Shown: positions 45,992 through 59,901 of the stretch, in pieces | Layout of the letters: each line of letters opens with the position of its first letter | How positions within the stretch are numbered: the first letter of the stretch is position 1 | Assembly (NCBI GenBank): GCA_904063045.1 | Contig: CAJFCJ010000013.1 | Span: 540,156-604,155, forward strand | Reading direction: 5' to 3' | DNA length: 64,000 nucleotides | From: Dimorphilus gyrociliatus | Lineage: Eukaryota > Animalia > Annelida | Notes under the pieces: generated by a model | Databases searched by the model: none | The model's input: the letters and a program-made list of their open reading frames with translations, nothing else | What the model was told of the DNA's origin: nothing | Program-made: the position numbers and the translations under genes

Positions 45992-48900
45992 TCATAATTT
46001 TATAAATGAACGCCTCCTTGCTTGGGAATCATATCGGAAGAGAGTCGAATTATTTGCGTTGATAATTCTCCAATATCTTTCTCGGATCCTATGAGCGGCT
46101 GCCTTCGGTTGCCGTTGCCTCGTTAAAAGTCCTTTTTTATTACCGTTAACTCTATTGACGGCTGTTTAAATGAATCATAAGTTTTTTTTAAATACAGTAT
46201 ATATAGAAAAAGTAGTGTACTTTATATATTAAAATTAAGATTAAAACTACCATAATCTGTCATAAAGTCGGCAAAATTCCAAACCATTTCACCTACTAGA
46301 AACTTTTTCTTCAAATCATCAAAGACTTTATGATAGCTTTCGAGCATCTTTGCCTGATATTCTTCCGAAAAAGGATTAGCCGGCTCCTATAGATTTTGTT
46401 TTAATTGTTTTTATAAAAGAAAAATGGGCAAAGATTATAGGGAAAATCGTACAGTATGCAATCCGGAAATAGTATCTGCTCCGTATTCTGTAATGATAAC
46501 GGGCTTTTTGAATTTGTTATGCCATCCATTTAGATTCTCCGGTAATTGATAGGCGACTACCTCCGTATGACCCATATCGCTATACCATGAATAATAGCGA
46601 TTAACAAATATAATATCGACGAATTGAGCCTGTGTTAATGATTAATGATTAATTATTCCTAAATCATTAGGTAAATAGTATATTGATCGATGTGTAAAAA
46701 TGATTATTTACGGCTTTACAAGTATCATAGTTTTGAGCATCTGCAAAGGAAATAGGTCTAGTTGGGTCTAGTTTGCGGGTAAAATCAATAACGGATCTGT
46801 AGGGAAAACCAATAATGCTAATGCAAATAAGAATAGATTGTATAGACATTCTTGACAATAAAAGAGTTAGAAAGCAAATAACAAAGGCAGAAAAGGGCAT
46901 GTACAAACTTGAAATAATCTCTAGCCTCGTCATAATTGCTTTGTGGTTCGTTGGCGACCGACCATATAATAACGGAAGGACGATTTTTATCTCTTCTTAC
47001 CAATTCTTTCATAACGTCAAGATGGTGTTTAAGATTTTCTGGTCCCATATTAGTCTTACTGACAGTTAGCATAAGAAAATCAAAGGTATATGTTATATTA
47101 ATATTAAAATGCATAAAATTCTCATACTGTTGCATGATTATAAATACTGTTTAGAAAAGGTTTAAATATGATTGAAACCGATCATAGCCACCGATCCTGC
47201 TGTATGATTTACTAATATTTAATATAATTTAACATTTAATAATCCTAAAGCAGATGCTACTTATAAAAAATGTAATATTCCCCAACAGTAAAAAGAGACA
47301 AAATATACCTAATGCCAACACCTGGGCTTTCGTCGAAAACAACAACACCTTGGGCGTCGGCTTGATCCATAATTTCTTCGGCGTACGGATAATGAGAAGT
47401 TCTAAAGCAATTGGCGCCTAACCAATTCAGCATATTGAAATCCCTAGCTATAAGGGGATAGTCGAGACCTTTTCCCCTAATCTGAAAGAGAGTGCAAGAT
47501 TTAAAAGAGCAAGAACAAATGCATTTTAATAAAAGAATAAAAAACAATAAATATTTAAAAGATAAAATTTGTATCTGTTTTTTTTTCCTTACGTCGGAAT
47601 CTTCGTGCTTAGCGACGCCATGACAATAGAACGGTTTGTCATTAATCAACAACTGAGTATCTGTCCAACGAATAGTTCTAATACCGAATTTTTGACGATA
47701 AACATCAATTTCTCCATTCATAGAATTTCTTAATTCCACCTAATATATATATATAAATTTATATACTGTATATAAATCGTATATGTAGATTATTGAATTG
47801 ACTTACTTTAAGTGTATATTGATAACCTGGATTTTTAAGGTCTTCCGAATAAGGCCGCCATAACGTTGGATTAGATATTGTAATAGAGTTAACCAACCTA
47901 TCGCTTTGAGCAACTATTTCGTCATTTGCGTTTAATATATAGACATTTGAAGAAGTTGAACTTCTACTAGTAGAGGAACTCTTAATTTCGTATTCAATTA
48001 CAGCTGCCAAAAGAGAGAGAGGACAAAATAGAAAACAAACACTCCTTTAATAAACCATAAATTTCTATACAAAATCTTTAAGTATTATTATTAAATAATT
48101 ATATTTAATACTATTTATTCGTAATTTTTCTATATATCTATATAAATAAATACCTTTTCTTTCTACAATAAAAAAATTGTAATAAATTTTCTTTAAAAAA
48201 AAAAAGAAAGAAAGAAAGAAGGAGAAATTACTTTGTTAATCAAATAGGAATGAAGTGTTATTTCTCTTTCTTACATATAAAAAGTATCAGTTTTTTTTTG
48301 TTTACACGTAATCCGTTTCAACTTGAAAGAGAGTGTAAAGATTTTCTACCATTTAAATATATATATATATATTGTATATACAGTATATTTAAAGAAAGAA
48401 TAAGTATATTTTCTATATATTAATTAAACAATTTAGATAATTTCCTTACGTTTCAATTTCTAAAGATGTGTGGGTCGAAATAGATAAGATTACTCTCTTA
48501 TCTCTTTTAAAAAGAATGAGATTTCTAATAATATATTATTATTATTCATAACAATCGTAATAATAATAATAATAATAATAATTAATCTAAAAATAGAAAC
48601 ATTTTCAAAGGATAACCCTTATCAAGAAAATTACTGATAACAAGAAATAGTTTTCTTATCAAATGATAAGTAATAGACAGGAGGGAGAGATGTAATATTC
48701 TAACCTTGACTCCTAGAAGCATTTTTAGTTATAATTGTAATGTCGTCAACGTAGACTGTTGGGGTTGTGTAGAGTCTTACTGAACGGTGTATACCAGCGT
48801 AATTAAAGAAATCAAATTGACCGGTCATTGTAAAATATCCTGGTGGATAGCTAGTAAGGAAAAGCAATAAAAAAATGTGTACAATATTTATAAACAACAG

Positions 48901-49851
48901 ATAGAGAAAGAGAAAGAGAGAGAAACATTATACCTTTTCGGATCATTTGCATAGTGAACCGTACCGGGCGGAAGAGTTAATGGACTTAGAGTATTATTTA
49001 CAGCAACCGTTAATAAATTAATTTGACCAAATTTCAAAGCATCGTTTACTTTAGCTTCAAACGGTAGGTGACCACCCACGTGACTCATAACTTCTACTCC
49101 ATTTAACCACTTTAAAAAGGAATAAATAAATTATCAATATTTAATAAATTGTTATTGTTATTATTAGTTTCGTATGTTATATATACTGTATATAATGTTG
49201 TTCATAACTTACTACTTGAGTGAAATAGTGTGCGCTATCTATTCTTAAAACAACTCTTTTATTCCTCCAATCGGAGGATGCGTAGACTTCTCTATCGTAC
49301 CAAACCCAGCCAACATATTCTCGAAGTTTAAAGTCGGTCTATAAGAAATGTAAAAAACTTGAAACTAATCCTAGATCAAGAAATGCAGATATATATATAT
49401 AAAAAAAGTATTTCTTTACCGTTATATCGTTAAAACTTGAAGGAACAGGCATTGGGATAACATTACCGGTCTGCAAATATTACAAATAGTATTATTACAA
49501 CAATTAAAATGTTCAAATATTGATAAGAGTTAACCCGGTGACGCCTACTATTTTTATCAATTGGAAGGCAAATAACCAATGCTAGCGCAAGGTAAATAGA
49601 TACGAAAAAGAAGCAATTTCTTCGTTGCAATTGTTTCTTGTCTTGTATACCTTTTTAAGGGGAAATTTCCACCATTCGTTGGAGAAACCATCATTTCTTC
49701 CAGGAGAAAAATCAGCGCGAAAGTTCCACATACCGTTCAGGTCTTGTATTTGTCTTGATTCGGATTCTCTTGGATAAAGCATTCCCCCTGTGATCTCACA
49801 TGATGCAAGTGGGATTAAAATAATTAGTAGAAATAGATTAAGTCTTGCCAT
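45992..49851 (-). CDS. GUSB: Beta-glucuronidase (GH2), many exons
   Basis: Signal peptide then [26 protein letters not shown]; [13 protein letters not shown]; FRTSHYPY; catalytic WSVANEP and TEYGAD; WNFADFMT; [14 protein letters not shown]. Confidence 0.96.
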
Positions 49852-49908
49852 CTGCTCAAAACTCTGTAACGGGATTTAATCTATAACAAGAGTTTTCAAA
49901 GTAAACTA

Positions 49909-49935
49909 GTCACGTGATAAAGGTTGTCACATGAC
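49909..49935. promoter_or_regulatory. Two CLEAR/E-box-like elements upstream of GUSB
   Basis: GTCACGTGAT (49909-49918) and GTCACATGAC (49926-49935), 58-84 bp upstream of the GUSB ATG; each is one mismatch from GTCACGTGAC. Confidence 0.6.
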
Positions 49936-50223
49936 TGAAATTTATTTCGAATTTTTTAGTAAAAGGTTTTTTAAAGTACCATAAAATTAAGAATAATACT
50001 AAATGTTGAACTACGAAGAAATAATTTTTTTCAACTCTTACGAAAATAAATGCTAATAGCAGACGAATTTCGCGGTTCACAACGTAAACTTGTTTGGAAC
50101 TCAGACCAGGGAAGTTCAAAAGATACTTCTCAGAACATCGTGAAAACTTTCAAAGGTAGAAAAAGAAAGAAGGAATTTACAATATAAACTGAATATCTCT
50201 TTCCCTAGTTTATATAAAACACG

Positions 50224-52144
50224 ATGTATGGTCCTATAACGACATCTCGAAAGCCCTCGATGCAAGCAACAGGCGTCACACCGCACGATTTGGGTCTCGG
50301 TGACGCTGTAAGGAAGGAACCCTATGCTGATGGTGCTCTCAAACTTCTCGAAACTATGTAAGTTCTTAGATATTTAACGGCTATTAGTAAAAATTGTTTA
50401 CTTTTCTTCTCTAATAATATACACTTTTCCTAAGTAGTCAGTCAATCTTTGTTTGTCCTAATTCTGTGGCACAGGACTTTTTTTCAATAATCTCCTAATT
50501 GTTAGTTGTACGGCTGTGTTGTCAATAAAAAATTTCACGCCAATGCGTGGATTTCTTGAAAAAACTTGAAGAAGCGTGATACATTTTTAGGCCTATAGTC
50601 AAAGGTTAAAAAAATGACTGACGTCGTAGAACGATTACCAATAAAGGCGCTTTGGTGCTTTTAACATATGAATAGCGATGAATGAAAGTGATAATTAGAT
50701 TAGATTTGGCCGCTAATCCGTTGTGGTATAGTGTAGCAAAAGAAATGGCTTTTAATTACTTTTCTTTCGTTTGTTTGCAGAACATTGGCTACCGACGCAA
50801 TGTGTGTACAATTTAATAGAGACGCATCAATACTGGCGGTTGGTTTGGCCAACGGAACTATACAGGTAATACTAGTGTTTATTTTCACATTATAATTACA
50901 AATTTATACTAAAATGCTATATAATAATATATACAAATAATACAAGCACTGCAATTGTTGATACAATTACGTCAATAAGGAAGGAATTGATTTCAGATCT
51001 ACTCCGCTGATGACTATCGGCACCTGTATAGTTTGAGCGATTCCGATGTTCAAAAAAGTCGACTACCGGCAACTACTTTAAGATTCTCTCAAACGGAAAA
51101 TACCCTTACTGCAACTTGTGAGTGATTGCTTTTTTCTATTTTAGCTTCTCTCTCTCTCTCTCTCTCTTTTAAAAATTAAAACTATTCTGTTGTTATCTTA
51201 TACAAATAGATGCTTCGGGTTTAATTAAATTTTGGCATATCACTAACGGACAAACTCTACACACTATTAACGAAGGGGAAAAACGTCAAACTTTAGCGTC
51301 AGCTTTCAACAACGATGCTTCGTCGTTCATAAGTGCCGGTTCTGATTCGAAGATCGTTCAATACGACGGAAAAACTAAGCAAGTTAAGAACGTTTTACAA
51401 GCCACGGACTCGAGAGATGTTATGAATGGCCATCGTATGAGAATATTCGCGTTGCAGTATCATCCTGACGATCCTCACGTATTCGTCTCTGGAGGATGGG
51501 ACGATACCGTTCACTTTTGGGACGATAGAACGACCCATTCTGTTCGTAAATTATACGGTCCTCATATTTGTGGTGACGCACTCGATATTGATCCGATTCA
51601 TAATCATATACTTAGTGGATCGTGGCGGAAGAATAACGTTCTTCAGGTAAAAGCTCTCTTGCAGGGTGACTGATGACTCAATCAATGGTCACGTTTTATT
51701 TCAACTTTACTATAATCTACTATTATAATTTTATTATTCATTAATTTTTATCACAAATCAATTATATATCTTTTTTTAGATTTGGGATTTCAACAGCGGG
51801 GATAAGATTCGGGATATTCCTCAAGATACTTTAGTAGGTACGCAGGTCTATTGCTGTCAGTGGTTGGCTAGAGATTATATCATTTGCGGTGGTTCTGATA
51901 TGAATACTGCTAGAGTAATTGATAGAGGAACGTTAAATGTAAGTAAAAATAATTTGCATAAATATACGAAAATAGCATGGCAATAATAAAAAATATTATC
52001 AAATCACGACAGACCGTCGGACAAATGGTTGAGCTGCCTCAAGCTGTTTATTGTTTAGATAATGATAAGCAGTTAAAGCACCCGAGGATAGCAATCGGCT
52101 GTGCTCAAAAGGTTTACATTCTGAAATGCGAAAGGAAAAATTAA
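50224..52144 (+). CDS. WD40-repeat protein, multi-exon
   Basis: In-frame spliced exons with WD motifs: LAVGLANGTIQIY, DASGLIKFW, GHRMRIFALQYHPDDPHVFVSGGWDDTVHFWD, ILSGSWR...LQIWD. Orthology not assigned. Confidence 0.85.
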
Positions 52145-53081
52145 ATATTAGATAGATTAGACGCAATCTATCAACTATCTCTTATTGAAATATTTTGCTA
52201 TGCATTATTATTAACATTCAATTTATTCAAATCATAAAAATATTATTGTCTATTTTTTTTCAGCGTCCATTTGTTTGTTTGTTTGTTTGGTTTCTTTTTT
52301 TGTAGTTTGTATAAAAATTCCGTCCATTGCTCTGAAAAACAGAATTGTTTATTAATTTTATTATTTTATGGTATATGTTTTCTTCGTATTCTGGAAGACG
52401 AAACTTTCTACTTAATCTTCTTTATATCCGCCCGTCTGCCTAAGCAGCATTATGATATTGTATTATGTATATATATATATATATATATATATGCATAGAA
52501 TTAGCTATGTGATATACCTATGTTTGTGCCAATTTTCTAATTTAAGCTTTTAAATACATTTATAAGATGATTTATAATTCTGAAAAAGCTTTTAGACACT
52601 TCTCGTAAAGGTCTATTATATCGCTAAGTGCGCTTTCTTTTTTGAATAGTCATATAATTAGTCATTTCATTAGAATGACCTATTTTTTTTCAATTTTTCC
52701 GCTTTTGTATCAAAATTTTCGTAACAACCGTTGAAATAGTTTTATTGATATTATTTAAGTAAAACTCGATTGACCTTAAATTTCATTTCCGGGTTTTGAA
52801 AAGTATTCAGAATACTTTATACGAAAACAGCTGTTGCTTAATGTCAAGGTTGAACGGAGCCATCTTGCTATCGCTTCAGAAGATTTATTAAAAATAACCT
52901 TTTATTAATTTCCTCCTACATCTTTAGAGGACGATTGTAAGTAATTTAATTTTTCGGATCTAAGTATATACTAAAACCGGTTCAATCAAACAATTGAGAG
53001 TATTATCATTTTGTTAAAAAAATAAAACGTCTATTTAATCACAATATTGTTGTTTTTTGTTATAAAAAAGGCGCAGGAAAG

Positions 53082-56000
53082 ATGACGGATTCGAAGTACT
53101 TTACAACTACGAAAAAAGGAGAAATCTTTGAACTGAAAGCAGAATTGAATTGCGAGAAGAAAGATAGAAAGAGAGAGGCTGTTAAAAAAGTAATAGCTAG
53201 CATGACAGTTGGGAAAGATGTCAGCGCCTTATTTACCGATGTCGTCAACTGCATGCAAACTGATAATTTGGAGCTAAAGAAGCTAGTCTATCTTTATTTA
53301 ATGAATTATGCTAAAAGTCAACCTGATTTGGCTATTTTAGCTGTAAACACATTTGTTAAGGTTAGGAATATCGAATTTTCAGATAATTGATTAGAATATA
53401 TTAGATTTCATTATAGGATTGCGATGATTCAAACCCATTGATAAGAGCATTGGCAGTTAGAACTATGGGCTGCATTAGGGTCGATAAAATAACTGAATAC
53501 TTGTGCGAACCGCTTAGAAAATGCTTGAAGGATGAGGATCCATACGTTAGGAAAACAGCTGCAGTATGCGTTGCAAAACTACATGATATAAATTCACAAC
53601 TTGTTGAGGATCAAGGATTTTTGGACATGCTTAAGGAATTAGTGTCCGATTCTAATCCAATGGTAGTTGCTAATGCTGTAGCTGCTATTTGCGAAATTCT
53701 TGATGTATCGGATTTGGATTCAAGCCACGATACTCTTCGCATAGACTCGCACATTATCAACAAACTATTGACAGCTTTGAATGAATGTACAGAATGGGGA
53801 CAAATTTTTATTCTAGACGCCATATCTTCCTACAATCCTGAAGATGAGAGGGAAGCGGGAACAATTTGCGATAGAGTAATTCCTAGACTAGCTCACGCCA
53901 ATAGCGCAGTCGTTCTATCGGCCATAAAAGTGATTATGAAGCTGATTGACATGTTAGATACCAACTCGGACCAGGTTTCGATTCTTATTAAGAAAATGTC
54001 TCCACCGCTAGTCACCTTATTATCGGCTGACTCGGAAACTCAATTTGTAGCCTTAAGAAACATTAATTTAATTATTCAAAAGAGGCACGACGTTCTGAAG
54101 CATGAAATGAAGGTGTTCTTTGTCAAATATAACGATCCTATTTATGTCAAATTGGAAAAGCTAGACATTATGATAAGATTAACGAACCAATCAAATATTG
54201 CGCAAGTTTTGGCTGAACTGAAAGAGTATGCGACCGAAGTAGATGTTGACTTTGTCAGGAAGTCGGTTAGAGCGATTGGACGTTGTGCAATTAAGGTGGA
54301 AGTAGCTGCTGAGAGATGTGTTAGCACTTTACTCGAACTTATTCAGACCAAGGTCAACTATGTTGTTCAAGAAGCTATAGTTGTCATTAAAGATATTTTT
54401 AGAAAATATCCAAATAAATACGAGAGTATCATATCGACTTTATGCGAAAATCTAGATACTTTAGACGAACCAGAAGCAAGGGCTAGCATGATTTGGATAA
54501 TAGGAGAATACGCCGAGAGAATAGACAACGCTGACGAACTGTTGGAAGGCTTTCTCGAAGGATTTACTGATGAAAGTGTACAAGTACAATTACAACTATT
54601 GACAGCAATTGTTAAATTATTTTTGAAACGACCAACTGAAACACCTAGCGAATTGGTACAGCAAGTACTCTCTTTGGCAACTCACGAATCTGATAATCCG
54701 GATTTGCGAGATCGTGGATATATTTATTGGAGATTATTGTCATCCGATCCTCAAGCTGCAAAGGAGGTTGTCCTCTCCGAAAAACCTTTGATTAGTGAAG
54801 AAACCGAAATGGTGGAACCATCTCTTTTGGATGAATTAATTTGTCACATATCGACGCTAGCTTCAGTCTTTCATAAACCATCATCTGCTTTTGTTGAAGG
54901 TAAAAGTACGGTTATTAAGAAGCTAACAAGATCTGTAACGCCCGTACAAACAACTGATGAACAAATACCAGAGAAAACTAAGCAAGTTAAACAACCTCCC
55001 AGTAATGATTTAATAGATGACTTATTACAAATGGACTTCACACCAGCTCCTAAACAACCCGCCCCGTCTAATACTACTAGCTGTGACTTGTTGAATAGCT
55101 TAGATTTAATAGGCGACAGCCAACCAGCAGCCTTAACAACAACTCCTGTTCAAGTGTTGGCACCAGTACCTGTTTCTGTACCAATTGCTGCACCACCAAG
55201 TAATATTTTAGACGATTTGGATATTCTGGGTGGGATAACAAGCGCACCGTCTCCGATAGTACCTCCTGCTTTCCAAATGCAAGGACAAGCTTCATTATCC
55301 GGCAATTCCTTTTCTGCTCATCCGTTTGTATCACCAACGCAAGTTTGGCTACCGATGTCGAAAGGAAAAGGACTAGAGCTTAGCGGCATCTTCAGAAGAA
55401 AGGACGGTCAAGTTTATATGGATATTACTTTTTCGAATAAGGGTGTTCAGCCTTTATCGAATTTTGCTATTCAATTTAACAAGAATAGTTTCGGTTTAGT
55501 CCCAGGTCAACAAATATCGCAAATTAACACGATTGCGCCGAATACTTCGACAAATTTCTCCTTGCCGGTCAATACAAATGGACCGATTCACAAAACTGAA
55601 CCATTAACAACATTGCAAGTGGCGATAAAAAACAGTCTCGACATATTTTATTTCACCACTCAGATTCCAATGCACGTTCTTTTCATTGAAGATATTGACG
55701 TAAATAAATCGTTCTACTTGAACGCCTGGAAGGAAATACCAGCAGCCAATGAAGCTCAAACTACCCTTTCAAACATTCAATTCAGCACTTTTGATATTTT
55801 AGCCAAATTAAATGCTAATAACATATTCACTATTAACAAGCAACGAATTGGAGAGGAGGATATTGTCTATCTTGCTTCAAAATTGACTAATGGTATATTT
55901 ATCATGATCGAATTGAAGATTCTCCAATGTAATATTACGGTAAATATATAATAAATATACTTATATTTATATATATATATTTTCAATTAAAACTTTTATT

Positions 56001-56114
56001 TATATATATTCTTTTTTTTCTATTCCCTTTTCATAGATTTCTCTGCGATCTCGTGTCACTCAAGTTTATCCAGACGTAAAGAATGCTGTCTGTGGTATAA
56101 TTAACTGTGCCTAA
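53082..56114 (+). CDS. AP2B1: AP-1/AP-2 complex subunit beta (beta-adaptin), 959 aa, 3 exons
   Basis: [22 protein letters not shown]...; exons 53082-53360, 53417-55939, 56037-56114; adaptin trunk, hinge and appendage. Invertebrates generally have one beta-1/2 gene, so the symbol is nominal. Confidence 0.96.
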
Positions 56115-56416
56115 TATACATTCCACTAAATTGAGAAAATAATATGTGTTTTGAATGTTAAAATATATTTCTATATACAGATTTCTATATATTAGTATAT
56201 ATATATATATATATATTATATACTGTTTATATATATATATTTATTATATATGTACAATATATGACATATTTATAATCAGTTCAAAAAAATAATTTGTTTG
56301 TGTACATATATATATATATTTATTTTATGTTAATTTATAATTTATATATAAAACTAAGCTCATAAATATTTGAATGAAGGAGGGATACACTGAATACTCT
56401 CTGTTCTTTTTCTACA

Positions 56417-56418
<2 letters not shown>

Positions 56419-56458
<40 letters not shown>
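56419..56458. repeat. (TA)20 microsatellite
   Basis: Perfect TA dinucleotide run. Confidence 0.95.
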
Positions 56459-56459
<1 letters not shown>

Positions 56460-58492
56460 TGTCTACAGTATCTATAAAGCAGTATACTTTTGGAGAAATT
56501 AATAAAATGTCAGCTATTCTTTGACCTTTGACATTTGACGTGTCTTTGCACTAAGATTGGCAAAGAATATTAAATGTTATGTAATCTTGGTAGTATACAG
56601 AATAGGTTCAAGCAAATTTACCTGACTAAATATATTTTGTTTTTGTTGATATGAGAATTTAGAACGGCTTCCTTAAAGCTAAATATTGCCATAGTTACAA
56701 CTATATCTGGAAGGGGGCGTTTGAAATCAAATACATTTTCACACTGTAAAATATTCCTTAATTTTAACATTGTTGTCTAAATTTGAAGGAAATAATAAAA
56801 CAATTCTTGGAAGGAGTTGAAGAATAAAATGGTTTTTCAAGTAGACAAAATTAATAATACTATAATATAAATGATATAATAAAGGGGAAAGAATAAGGGT
56901 TTCGTAAGTTCGCTTCTTTGTTGATGAGAGAAAAGACTTTGACACTGACCCTTGAGATTTTCTGAATGAATTGAATCAAACAATAAAGAGGAATGAATTG
57001 AGAATTTTTACGTAAATGGTGTTTTTTATGTAATCGTGTTACTTTCGACAAGAGAATGCGAAACAAAAAAAAATCAATTCAATTGACGAATGAAATGATT
57101 TATCCTGATCTAATTAAATATCAATATTCCAAATATATACGTGTATACAGTATGTACTGTATATACTGTATATATAAACTCTCTGACAAGGTGATAATAA
57201 TAAAAATTAATAAAACTTGGCAGGGGGTAAAAGGAAGGGTGGCTTAACGTTGTAGTTGTATCATAGGGTGTTATGGATATAGGTAATATCTTTCAGTCCA
57301 CCTACTCTCCAGTGAATATTTATTAATATCAACTGCGTATTGAGAATTATTAAACAGTTTTATCCTCTTTTATTTTATGTTTGATTGTTTTCTGTAACAG
57401 TAGAGAAATTAATTAAGGTTTCTTATTAATAATATTAATTATATTCTTCGTTTAATTAAACACAAAAAAGGAAGAAAATATATATATTTATATGTTTATA
57501 TATAGATATTTCACTTAAAAACAGATTGATAAAGAAAAAAAAAGAACTTTTGATATTGTAAAGAGTTTACAAGTTAGCCAGGGTTCTAATATTTTTCTTA
57601 CAGATTTCATTCTATACAAAAATTGTCAGTTGCCAAACACTTCATATTGATACACTATTTTCTATATTTATCAACGTTTCATTAACCCTTCGTACTATAG
57701 TTTATTTACTTATTATTATTAAAATTGTATACATTTCCCACACTATTTTCTGTTAGAAAAGAATGAAAGTAAAGATGATAAAAAAGATATAATAACTCTT
57801 TCACTTTTTTGAGTCGTAATATTATTTAACAATAAAAATTTCGTTCTCGTATTATATTAAATTGCCAATTATTAATGACGTATTTCAGACTAGACAGAAA
57901 AATTATTGCAGAGCAAGCAGAGTCTCTTTTTGAATAATTATATATTCTAATGTTAGCTTAGTTTAGGTGCAATCAACTTCTGTGAAATAGCAGCAACTGT
58001 GTACATTTGTAAATTTGTTTTACACAAAGTAAATCATTTTAAATGACTTAACTGAACTTTAAGTGATTGCTTGTAATTTAATTATTTAGAATAGTTCTGT
58101 CGCGTTAAGTGAAACTCCTTCCGGATATCAGTCAGCCTAAGAAGATTACTTTCGTTCTTTACTTTATCTTATTCTTTTTTTAAAAATTAAATTTATATTC
58201 TATAGTATATCAACCATTGAAAAATAGAATATTCAGCTTCGAATAATATCGTACGAAAACAACAATATAGTTCTACAAGACGCCATTTTGTTCGAACTGT
58301 GTGTAAATTCAAGAAGGAGAAAAATATTAGCTACTTGAAAATAATATAAAAGTAACAACTTGAAACAAGCAAGTGTTTAATCAAGTCAAGAGTAGGTATT
58401 AACAAAAAGATATTAATTAAACGTTTATTTTGGGAGGATATGAGTCAACGTTAATTATTTGTCATCAATTAAATTTCTTATTCGCAACAGTT

Positions 58493-59585
58493 ATGTACGG
58501 TGGTTATAACTACGGTGGCAATAATTATCCATCGAGATGCCCGTACGACCGAAATGCTATATACGGCCTCCTCCAGCATTTAAACAAAGATGAACTAGAA
58601 AAACTATCTAAAGATGAGGAAGCATTGGCGAAGCTGGTTGAAGATTTAGAACCGGTAATTAAATTATTGAATAAATAACATACATAAACTTAGGTAACTA
58701 AATGTATTGAAAAAGGTGTTGCATTAAAGTTAGCATCAACAAGCCAATAGTAATTTTATGCTGTAGAATAGGCGGGGTTGAAATATGAGAGGGGCTAGAA
58801 CGCCTTTAATTTAATATTGATTGATTTGTTTTCTAATGTTTTAATTTATTTATAAAATAATGATTTTTCAGGTAAAAAATCGCACAAAAGAGAAAGAGGC
58901 TCTCGCAAAAAAACTTAAAAAAATTGCACAAGATAATATGAATCTTCAACCAAAATTGGAAGCTGCCAAAACAAACTTGGCAGCAGTTTATCAAGAATAC
59001 ACGAATTATTTAAAAGAGTTTGACAAAGCAAAACTGAGATTAGGTGTGATATATATCTATAACCAGAAAAATATAATAAAACCCCTAATCTTTACAGTTA
59101 TTTAATAATAGGCGCTTTATGACTAATAAAATTTTTCTTTTTCAATATTTATAGATACTTTAATTTCGTTAAATTCACCCGATACGTCCTTAAATCTCCT
59201 AAAAGCGGAGGCTGCTAAAGTCGAAGAAAGCACTGACGTAAATATTTAATTTTGAATACTCCTTGTTTATTATATTGTTTCTCTACAGAATATTGGAAAA
59301 GAATTCTTGGATGGTGCTAAGTCCGTTCAAACGTTTCTGGAAGAATATATACCACAAAGAACAAGAAACCATAGTCTCAGACTGAAGGTTGATAAATTAG
59401 AAGAGCAGCTGAGCAATAATTTTGCCCAACCATCTTACACTCCACAAGTTACACAGAACGTCGCTTATCCCGTTTATAATCCAACGCTAATGGGAGGCGC
59501 AGGGGGCCAAATGGGCGCTTATGCTGGATACCCCAGCGGCATACCGTTTAGCATGCCCGATCCATCAAAATATTTAAAATCATAA
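58493..59585 (+). CDS. VPS37: ESCRT-I subunit VPS37 (Mod(r) domain), 4 exons
   Basis: NMNLQPKLEAAK...LLKAEAAKVEES...FLDGAKSVQTFLEEYIPQRTRNHSLRLKVDKL, then a Pro/Gly/Tyr-rich tail. Confidence 0.85.
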
Positions 59586-59901
59586 ATTTATGGACGAAAC
59601 TGTAATCATTTACTACTCGTCTCTTTCATACATTAATCATGTTTTCATGAAAAATACATTTCTAATTGCAAGGCTTTAATTATAAGTACATATCGATTTT
59701 AGGCAACAAACGTGAAGGAGAACAGCCGAAAAAGGACGGACAAATTCGTAGTTCTGTGATGAATGTCTTCAAGAAGTTAATCTTTTTTTCTTACAATAGG
59801 TGTGACCAAAACATAAAGTAGACTAGATGAGATAGAAATGTTCATTTTCACAAAGAATTGAGACATGATATATAGTAATTAAAAAAGCGCTCTTAGAAAG
59901 T

